This document shows, piece by piece, positions 8,203-15,261 of a DNA stretch of 34,196 nucleotides. How positions within the stretch are numbered: position 1 is the first letter of the stretch; the number at the start of each line of letters is the position of its first letter. Both the position numbers and the translations under genes were made by a program. This stretch comes from a virus. Its lineage: Duplodnaviria > Caudoviricetes. The notes beneath the pieces are model-generated. The model saw only the letters and a program-made list of their open reading frames with translations, was not told the origin of the DNA and searched no databases. The stretch is taken from positions 1-34,196 of the IMG/VR virus record IMGVR_UViG_3300036815_000071, one strand, 5' to 3'.

Positions 8203-8232
8203 CCACTATAGCAAATGCAAAATGAAATGCAA
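8203..8232 (-). promoter_or_regulatory. Leftward promoter, copy of the 25-bp phage repeat
   Basis: Minus strand TTGCAT-N16-TATAGT with extended -10 TG; 8203-8227 is identical to 31416-31440. Confidence 0.75.
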
Positions 8233-8262
8233 GGAGTTTCTGCATTATGGTCGTGCGTGCGC

Positions 8263-8282
8263 TTGCGAATAGCCTTTCGCAA
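8263..8282. promoter_or_regulatory. Operator-like palindrome
   Basis: TTGCGAA-N6-TTCGCAA perfect inverted repeat upstream of the leftward promoter. Confidence 0.4.
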
Positions 8283-8514
8283 ACGAACATTTCCTGTTCG
8301 GATTTGTTGCAAAACGAACACCGATGCGCGCCTCGAAAACATCGATCAGCGGCTCGTGAAACATCGGCTTTGTAAGTTCCACGTAAGCCTATCTGATAGT
8401 CAAATGAAAGGTTGCGAACAGGGGTTCGGGGCTGATAACGGTGCGGAATGCGTTATGCGAAGTCACTACCTGCCTCAGAGCCTTTACCGGCAAGGGTTTG
8501 CGGGTTAGGGTGGT

Positions 8515-8542
8515 AGTTGACATAATGGATGTTATCGATGTT
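8515..8542 (-). other. dif-like XerC/XerD recombination site
   Basis: Minus strand AACATCGATAA-CATCCA-TTATGTCAACT, an 11-6-11 layout; the right arm matches the E. coli XerD arm TTATGTTAAAT at 9/11. Confidence 0.7.
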
Positions 8543-8806
8543 GCGAATGCGAATCATTCCTGATAGCCGGGTTGTATTAGGGTTTACCCTTACCTATTCT
8601 TACGTGGAACTTACAGATAGATTTCGTGAAACTAACTCTGGCGGGCCTCCCTCGGGGCGGACGCCGGGTATAAATTTTTGTACCCCCTATTCCCAATCCG
8701 CGAACCGAAAAAACATCGATGAAACGGAACGTGCAAACTTTGCAGAATCCAGCGGGCGGCGGCTTGGGATATACTCGCGAGAATTCACAAACGGCAAGGA
8801 GTCGCC

Positions 8807-9604
8807 ATGCCAGGCAACGGTTATCTCACCACGTGGCAGAAAGGGCAGTTCGAACCCGACCCGTTCGTAGCAACGGGCGCGGGCATGGTCGCCGGCGTGG
8901 TCGTGACGGGCGTGGTCGGCCACGCCACGAACCTGACGACGGGCACGACCTACGACCTCTACGAGAACGCGGCTACGGTTCCGCTTTACCCGTGGTTCAC
9001 GGCCGCGCACCCGTTGCAGATCGCATCGGCCTCAGCGAACGACACGGTTGCCGGCAGTGGCGCGCGGCGCGTGACGCTGACCGGGTTGGACGCGAACTAC
9101 AACCTTTTGCAGGAAACGTTGGTAACGAACGGCGTGACGCCTGTCATCACGACGAACAGTTTCCTTCGGTTGAACAAGGCGGAAGTGACGCTGGCAGGAA
9201 CGCTCACGGGTTCCCCGAACGCGGGGGACATCACTGTGGCGCAGTCGGGCGGCGCGAACGTGCAGGCGATTATCCGCGCGGGCTTCGGCATCGGCGCATC
9301 GGGCGTCTACACCGTGGCGGCGGGCATGAGCGCGGTGGTTACGTTGGTGCAGTTCTCGCTAGCAGGCGCGGGCGCCGCGAACTTCGCCCAGGTTGGTCGC
9401 GCGGACAACGGCGGCGGGGCCATGAGCATCGGGTTGCGTTTCGACATCAACTCCGGGTTTCCTTTCGAGCAAGCCGTGCCAGGTGAAATTTTCTTGCCGA
9501 GCAAGACAGACACCGCGATCCGCGTGATCAGCGTCGGGCAGGCGTCAAGCGAGGTTGCGGGGTTGCTGAACATCACTTTGTTCGATAATTCGTACCTGTC
9601 CTGA
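8807..9604 (+). CDS. Putative virion structural protein of unknown function
   Basis: AAGGAG RBS; T/G/A/V-rich and beta-strand-like; SASANDT..GSGAR.V.L.GLDANY motif recalled from phage hypotheticals; coupled to the terminase start. Confidence 0.75.
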   Translation: MPGNGYLTTWQKGQFEPDPFVATGAGMVAGVVVTGVVGHATNLTTGTTYDLYENAATVPLYPWFTAAHPLQIASASANDTVAGSGARRVTLTGLDANYNLLQETLVTNGVTPVITTNSFLRLNKAEVTLAGTLTGSPNAGDITVAQSGGANVQAIIRAGFGIGASGVYTVAAGMSAVVTLVQFSLAGAGAANFAQVGRADNGGGAMSIGLRFDINSGFPFEQAVPGEIFLPSKTDTAIRVISVGQASSEVAGLLNITLFDNSYLS

Positions 9605-11607
9605 TGGCGAGCATGACCAGCGCAGCGACGCTGCGCATCATTTCGGAAGACCGGGCGCTAGCGAGCACGATGGTGTTCCCGCACCGGCACCCGCAGGCGT
9701 CGCCCCCGGCGCATGTGGAAGTAATGGACCTGTGGCGGAGCCAGGATGAGTTCGTGCTGATTGAGATGTTCCGGGAAGGGGGGAAATCTACTCTCTCGGA
9801 AGAATTCCTTCTCATGGAAGCCTGCTTCCAGAACTTTGGCTACTGCATCATCCTGGGCGAGACGTACACGAAAGCCTGCCAGCGGCTCGAGGCGATCAAG
9901 TTCGAAGCGTTGAAGAACATGAAGTTGCTGGCGTTATTCGGGAAGCTGAGAGTCGCCGGCAACGTGTGGAATGAGAATCAGATCGAGCTCGCCAACGGTG
10001 TGATGATCGAGGCGCACGGGTGGGAAGAGGAAATCCGGGGCTTCAAGTGGCATGACTTGCGCCCCGACCGCTGCTACCTGGACGACGTTGAGAACAAGGA
10101 GCGGGTCAAGTCGAAGGGAGCGGTTGACGCCTCGATGCGCAAGATTTATCTCGAACTCATGCCCGCGATGGACAAGGAGAAAGGGAAAATCCGCGTGACC
10201 GGCACGCCGTTGGCTGAAGACTGCATGATCGTGCGCATGCGGACGAACCCCGACTGGACAGCGCGGTCATACCCGATTTGCAACGGGGATATCGACAACC
10301 CGGCGACGGCCGCACTGTGGCCGGAACGCTACCCGATGGAATGGATTCGCAAGAAGCGGGACCAGGCGGAACGCGCCGGCCAGTTGCGCGGCTTCCTGCA
10401 AGAATACATGCTGATGGCAATCGGCAGTCAGGATAAGCCATTCGAAGCGGAGCACATCCATGAGACAGCGCTCGACCCGGCCCCGTGGCTTCCTAAGACT
10501 CTCATTGTGGATCCTGCTCGCACCGCTAACGTTGGCACTTCTGATCGGACTGGACGTGTGGTTGTTTCCCGCCTCGCCACCAAAATCCTTGTGCACGCCA
10601 GTTCCGGCGAGTACTGGAAGCCAGACCAAATCATCGCGGATGCTTTTGGTACCTCCAGCCGATTTGACGGCGCAACGGTGGCGATTGAAAAGAATTCTCT
10701 AGACGAATGGTTGCTTCAGCCAATGCGCGCGGAGATGTTGCGACGCGGCGAGAGTTTGCCGCTCAAAGCGATCCAGGCCCCGCAGGACCGCTCGAAGGAA
10801 CAGTTCATCATGGGCTTGCAGCCGTTTTTTGAAGCGGGCGACATTGTGTTGGTCGGCGGGCGCGGCGCGCATGCGCAGCTCGTCGCCGAGATTTTGAACT
10901 TCCCTTCAGGCAAGCGAGACATCTTGAATGCCTTGGCTTACGCGCAACGCGTCTTTTCCGGAACGGTGGTGTATGAAGACTTCGGCGAAAAGAACCTTAC
11001 GAGCGAGTACGAACCGACAGCGCGCGACGCTTTGGCTATTTGCTTTAACGCCACAGGCAATGAGACTACCGCTGTTCTTGTGGCGGTTGAAGGCGAACGC
11101 CTTGTGGCTGTTGCCGACTGGATATCGCCTGTTTCGCCGGCGCAAGCCGTACCAGATGTGATGCAGTTGGTGCGCGCGGCATTCCCGCGAGCACGTGTCA
11201 CGGCGTGGCTCCCGGCCGATGTGATGGACCAGCAAGACCGCTTGCCGCTCATGGCGGCGTTGCGCGCGGCGAAGTTGAACCCGATGCGCGCGGCCTACTC
11301 CACGATGGCGCGCGGCACGCTATCGCCGCTGATCAGGACGGAGATGAAGGGCCGGCGGCTGTTCCTGGTCGACAGCAACGCGCGGCACACGATGAACGCG
11401 ATGGCGGGCGGATATAACTTTCCGGTCATGAAGAACGGCCAGCAGAACACGGAACCGGAGCGCGGCCCGCACCGTACGCTGATCGAGGGCCTGGAGTGCG
11501 CGGCCTACGTCATTTGCTCGAACGCTGGCAATTCCTTGCCGGATGATTTACATTCTGGTACTAATCCGCAAGGCGCAACCTATTTCACTTCTCTGCCGAG
11601 ACGTTGA
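9604..11607 (+). CDS. terL: Terminase large subunit with extra C-terminal domain
   Basis: FREGGKST (Walker A), IRG...RPD..YLDDVE (Walker B), VTGTP coupling motif, ALWPER, FLQEYM; nuclease IVDPA...IEKN...FPSGKRDILNALAYA. Confidence 0.93.
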   Translation: MASMTSAATLRIISEDRALASTMVFPHRHPQASPPAHVEVMDLWRSQDEFVLIEMFREGGKSTLSEEFLLMEACFQNFGYCIILGETYTKACQRLEAIKFEALKNMKLLALFGKLRVAGNVWNENQIELANGVMIEAHGWEEEIRGFKWHDLRPDRCYLDDVENKERVKSKGAVDASMRKIYLELMPAMDKEKGKIRVTGTPLAEDCMIVRMRTNPDWTARSYPICNGDIDNPATAALWPERYPMEWIRKKRDQAERAGQLRGFLQEYMLMAIGSQDKPFEAEHIHETALDPAPWLPKTLIVDPARTANVGTSDRTGRVVVSRLATKILVHASSGEYWKPDQIIADAFGTSSRFDGATVAIEKNSLDEWLLQPMRAEMLRRGESLPLKAIQAPQDRSKEQFIMGLQPFFEAGDIVLVGGRGAHAQLVAEILNFPSGKRDILNALAYAQRVFSGTVVYEDFGEKNLTSEYEPTARDALAICFNATGNETTAVLVAVEGERLVAVADWISPVSPAQAVPDVMQLVRAAFPRARVTAWLPADVMDQQDRLPLMAALRAAKLNPMRAAYSTMARGTLSPLIRTEMKGRRLFLVDSNARHTMNAMAGGYNFPVMKNGQQNTEPERGPHRTLIEGLECAAYVICSNAGNSLPDDLHSGTNPQGATYFTSLPRR

Positions 11608-11786
11608 TGCTGACCGATAAAGTAATCTTGATTTCTACGGAAGATAGCCCGCGGGCATCAGTGATCGACCTGTTGCCCGCAGCGATGAATCTTCTGACTT
11701 TGAATTTGAACGATAATCTGCCTGATGACGGCAAGATGCACCGTGTAACTTTCACTTGGGCAATTGAGCCCATCGAACCGCTTTAA
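11607..11786 (+). CDS. Hypothetical protein, 59 aa
   Basis: TGATG coupling to terL; lower GC than its neighbours. Confidence 0.6.
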   Translation: MLTDKVILISTEDSPRASVIDLLPAAMNLLTLNLNDNLPDDGKMHRVTFTWAIEPIEPL

Positions 11787-11798
11787 GGAGAAAATGAC

Positions 11799-11960
11799 AT
11801 GGCCGTTTCCCGTACCATCACCCCGAAAGCCCCCTCGCAAAACCCCGTTTCCTTCTACAAAGGCCAGCAGCAAGGCGGCGCGCACGGCAAACCCGAAAAG
11901 GTTGGCGAGAAGCTGACCGGCGGCCCGATGCGCGAAGTGATGCGCCGCAAGGGGCTGTAA
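11799..11960 (+). CDS. 53-aa basic microprotein MAVSRTITPKAPSQNPVSFYKG...MRRKGL
   Basis: TAAGGAG RBS; hand translation. Confidence 0.75.
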   Translation: MAVSRTITPKAPSQNPVSFYKGQQQGGAHGKPEKVGEKLTGGPMREVMRRKGL

Positions 11961-12103
11961 TGGAAGCCAAGAAGGGGCGCATGTCGCGGGTCTACACCGG
12001 CGACAAGAAGCCCGCTTCGCCCGAGCAGGTCAAGAAGGGCGGACGCGATACCGATCCGGGTAAGGGCAAAGGAACGCCTAAAACCCCACGCATGGGCGGC
12101 TGA
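11960..12103 (+). CDS. 47-aa Lys/Gly-rich microprotein MEAKKGRMSRVY...KTPRMGG
   Basis: TAATG coupling; hand translation. Confidence 0.7.
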   Translation: MEAKKGRMSRVYTGDKKPASPEQVKKGGRDTDPGKGKGTPKTPRMGG

Positions 12104-12104
12104 C

Positions 12105-12278
12105 ATGATGAAGCATCACAAGGACGGCAAAAGCACGTCCGAATCGCGCGACGTGCGCGAGTTCTTCGGCAAGACCTCGAAGAAGCCGGAAGCCGACGAC
12201 AAGCCCAAGCGCGTGCCGAAGGATCGGAACACCGGTTCGAAGCTCGCGAACAAGCTCAAAGGTAAGGTCATTGGTTGA
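12105..12278 (+). CDS. 57-aa Lys-rich microprotein MMKHHKDGKS...KLKGKVIG
   Basis: Tiles between the previous stop and the portal ATG (TGATG). Confidence 0.7.
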   Translation: MMKHHKDGKSTSESRDVREFFGKTSKKPEADDKPKRVPKDRNTGSKLANKLKGKVIG

Positions 12279-14455
12279 TGGCGCGCGCAAAAAAGAAAGA
12301 AGAAAAGAAGGATGAACCCGTAATCGAGATTGTCGATTCACGGGCGATTGACGCTGAAAAGACGGGCGAGGAGTTAGAGAACTGGGCTGAAGACATGACT
12401 TCGGATGCCTATCTCGACGCCTGCAAGCTGTACCCGAAGATTCAGAAGTGTTACGAGAACAAGCAACAGCAGTCCGACTGGGTGGAAGAGTACTGGAATA
12501 TCTATAATGCGCGCCCCGACGAAAACCAGCAGTACACCGGCAACAGCCAGTGCTACATACCCGCTGTTCGAGACGCGATCAATGCACGGTGCAAACGCAC
12601 CCTTGCAACGCTTTTTCCCGCGAACTACAAGCACGTTGACGCTGTCGGGCCTGCAAGCGTCACTCCTTTTCCTACGCTTGCCCTTCTTGAACACTACATC
12701 CGAAAGACGAACCTGAAGGACATCGTTCGCGCCGACTTGCTGTCGGGCGACGTGACCGGCCAGTGGTGTCTCTACGTCGATTGGATGCGCACGACGCGGC
12801 GCATCACCGAGCTAGTCAAGAAGCCGCCGATCCTCGCGAGTGACGACGGCGTTGAAGCCGAAGACACGACGGTTGATGAGGAATGGGACCTCGAAGAGAA
12901 AGAAATCGTTGACGAGATGCCCGACATCACGCCGCTGGCGGTTGATGACGTGGCAGTCTACCCGCCGACCGTGAACGACATTGAGCGCGCGATCGCTACC
13001 GCGGTACGCTTGCGCCTGTCGAAAGAATCCGTCCAGCAGTTTATTGACGAAGGCGTCTTCGTCGGTTGGAATGCAAAAGAGATAATGGACAACCTGAACG
13101 AGCCGGACGGCGGCCGTCAGAAGCGTGTCCCGAACAAGCGCCGTACCGCAGACGCGGGCGTGCGCACGGAAGGTACGTATAAGTACGCACTTATTTATGA
13201 AGTTCACACGAACATCGAACTGGAAGAGAGCAAGGGCAAAGAGCCGGTTTTCATCTACTACGCCGGTCCTGAAATCATTCTTGGCATTATCCGCAATCCA
13301 TTTTGGACTAAGAAGCGCCCGCTTATCACCGCGCCCGTTGAGCGCATCCAGGGCACGATCTACGGAATCTCGCGGGTAGAGCCGGTCAAGTACCTGCAAT
13401 GGAACTTGAACGACTATTGGAATATGGGTCAAGACAGCGCGCAATATGCGCTCCTGCCTATCGTGATGACCGACCCGCTCGCCAACCCGAACTATCAGTC
13501 AATGGTCATGGGCTTGGCCGCCGTCTGGCTGACGAACCCGCAAACGACGCAGTTCGCGCAGTTCCCCGCGATCTACAAAGACGCCGTGGGCTTGTGCAAC
13601 GCCATCAAGTCGCAGATTCAAGAGTCGATGGACGTGAACGATGCGATGCTTGGCAAGATGCCGCCGGGGCGCAAGAATCAGGCGCAAGCCGCAGCCCAAG
13701 CGCAATCGCAGGAATCGAACATTATCGACCACGCCAAGCGCTACGAAGGCGTGATCCTGAATCCGCTACTTGAACGCATGTTCGAACTCGACCGCCAGTT
13801 CCGCACCAAGGAACTGACGGTCGTCACGATGGGCGAAGTCGGCGCACGCGCGAAGCAAGAAGAGATTCCCGTGCAAGCCTTCAGCGAGCGCTACTTCTTC
13901 CGTTGGTGCGGTACGGCCTACCAGACCGGCATGCAACGCATGCAGCAGATGATTGCCTGGATGAACGTGCTGCGCGGCGTGCCGCCGCAACAGCTTGACG
14001 GCCGCCGGCTGAATGTCGGTCCGATCCTGGAAATGGGCACCGAACAGATATTCGGCCCCGAAGTCGCGCCGCGTATTCTGATCGATGAACGCAACCTGTT
14101 CCACGTCGATCCCGAAGACGAGAACCTGATGATGCACAACGGCATGCCTGCTGAAGTGCACCCGGCGGATGATGACCAACGCCACCTGAAAACGCACATG
14201 CACGGCGCGCAGATGACAGGCGACCCGGTCGGGTTGTTCCGCGCGCACATCCAGGCGCACATGCAAGCAATGCAACAGAAGATGCCGAAGCCAGCAGGAC
14301 CGCAACCCGGCCAGCCGGGCGTACCCGGTGGCGGAGCACCGGGGGTCGCCGGAACACCGCGCCCCGGCGCGCAACCCGGCCAGCCGCGCCCGCAAGGACC
14401 GCCGGGTATGGTGCACCCTGACCAAGTCGCAGACCCGCAGATGGGGCCGCGATGA
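12278..14455 (+). CDS. Portal protein (P22-like podovirus type)
   Basis: About 725 aa after terL; IYGISRVEPVKYLQ..LN motif, LNPLLERMF helix, P/Q/G-rich C-terminal tail. Confidence 0.87.
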   Translation: MARAKKKEEKKDEPVIEIVDSRAIDAEKTGEELENWAEDMTSDAYLDACKLYPKIQKCYENKQQQSDWVEEYWNIYNARPDENQQYTGNSQCYIPAVRDAINARCKRTLATLFPANYKHVDAVGPASVTPFPTLALLEHYIRKTNLKDIVRADLLSGDVTGQWCLYVDWMRTTRRITELVKKPPILASDDGVEAEDTTVDEEWDLEEKEIVDEMPDITPLAVDDVAVYPPTVNDIERAIATAVRLRLSKESVQQFIDEGVFVGWNAKEIMDNLNEPDGGRQKRVPNKRRTADAGVRTEGTYKYALIYEVHTNIELEESKGKEPVFIYYAGPEIILGIIRNPFWTKKRPLITAPVERIQGTIYGISRVEPVKYLQWNLNDYWNMGQDSAQYALLPIVMTDPLANPNYQSMVMGLAAVWLTNPQTTQFAQFPAIYKDAVGLCNAIKSQIQESMDVNDAMLGKMPPGRKNQAQAAAQAQSQESNIIDHAKRYEGVILNPLLERMFELDRQFRTKELTVVTMGEVGARAKQEEIPVQAFSERYFFRWCGTAYQTGMQRMQQMIAWMNVLRGVPPQQLDGRRLNVGPILEMGTEQIFGPEVAPRILIDERNLFHVDPEDENLMMHNGMPAEVHPADDDQRHLKTHMHGAQMTGDPVGLFRAHIQAHMQAMQQKMPKPAGPQPGQPGVPGGGAPGVAGTPRPGAQPGQPRPQGPPGMVHPDQVADPQMGPR

Positions 14456-14796
14456 AAGGCTATATTGCTCGATCAACGTTGTGGGGAACGATCCAAACGA
14501 CGGATCGTTTTTACGCATTGCCGATTGAGCAACAAATCGCGGTATCGATGCACGAAGCCGCGCACATCAAGCATAAACACGCGTGGAAGCGCCTCGGATG
14601 GATTCTGACCGGGAAAGCGTTCTTCCGGACAGAACGCTTTTTCGCGATGTGCGCCGCGCAGGAACTTGAAGCCGACAGCCACGTACGCGACAGCGGATAC
14701 GGTCGTGAACTGGCAGCTTTTCTGATTTCGCGGGGCATGAGCGCCGCGCCGGGGTATCCTTCTGTGAGAAGCAGATTGGAGAACCTCAATGTCTGA
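14452..14796 (+). CDS. Small M48/M56-like zinc metallopeptidase
   Basis: EQQIAVSMHEAAHIKHKH (HExxH), QELEAD (ExxAD third ligand), GYPSVRSRL (like HP...R). Confidence 0.8.
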   Translation: MKGYIARSTLWGTIQTTDRFYALPIEQQIAVSMHEAAHIKHKHAWKRLGWILTGKAFFRTERFFAMCAAQELEADSHVRDSGYGRELAAFLISRGMSAAPGYPSVRSRLENLNV

Positions 14797-15043
14797 TGAA
14801 TTCCTGATCATTGCCCCGATTGTCCGATCCGAAGGGGTCGGCGTACCGGTCAATGAGATTCAACGGGCGATCAACTCGATTTGCCAGCAGACAACGGCCG
14901 ACCTGAATTTGCTCGCTAGCCAGCCGATCAGCCCCCCGCTGTTCGCGGCGGCGTTCCTTCTCTACTTCAACGCACTCCCGAAAACGCTCCCCGGCACGGC
15001 GGGCGTCATCTGGAATAACGGCGGGACACTCGCGCAATCATGA
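14789..15043 (+). CDS. Small putative tail-associated protein
   Basis: C-terminal LPKTLPGTAGVIWNNGG motif; overlaps both neighbours. Confidence 0.7.
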   Translation: MSDEFLIIAPIVRSEGVGVPVNEIQRAINSICQQTTADLNLLASQPISPPLFAAAFLLYFNALPKTLPGTAGVIWNNGGTLAQS

Positions 15044-15261
15044 CCGAACTTTACGGCCTACCGCAACCGCTGACCGGCGCGGAAACAGTTACGATCCACC
15101 AGTCGCAGAACGGTCAACTCGTTAAGTGCACAATGCCGCTGTACGAACTGGCAGCAATCTTGAACACGTCTTCCACCGCATGGGCATCTACTTTGCCGAC
15201 CACGCGCCCCGCAACGGCGGGCGTACTTTGGAACAATGGCGGAGCCGTCTCGATATCATGA
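15040..15261 (+). CDS. Small putative tail-associated protein sharing the C-terminal motif of the upstream gene
   Basis: C-terminal LPTTRPATAGVLWNNGG motif. Confidence 0.7.
   Translation: MTELYGLPQPLTGAETVTIHQSQNGQLVKCTMPLYELAAILNTSSTAWASTLPTTRPATAGVLWNNGGAVSIS

Noticed and set aside
8543-8561. Fur-box-like GCGAATGCGAATCATTCCT
   Set aside because: Only 12/19 match to the consensus and not clearly tied to a promoter; too weak to call.
8215-8870. ORFs 8215-8508 and 8529-8870
   Set aside because: No convincing RBS or protein-like features, and they overlap promoter and dif-like elements; treated as non-coding.
12598-12625. Internal TLATLFPA in the portal as a fourth LFP leader
   Set aside because: It lies about 110 residues in, and an L..LFP pattern is common in this portal region; not counted without processing data.
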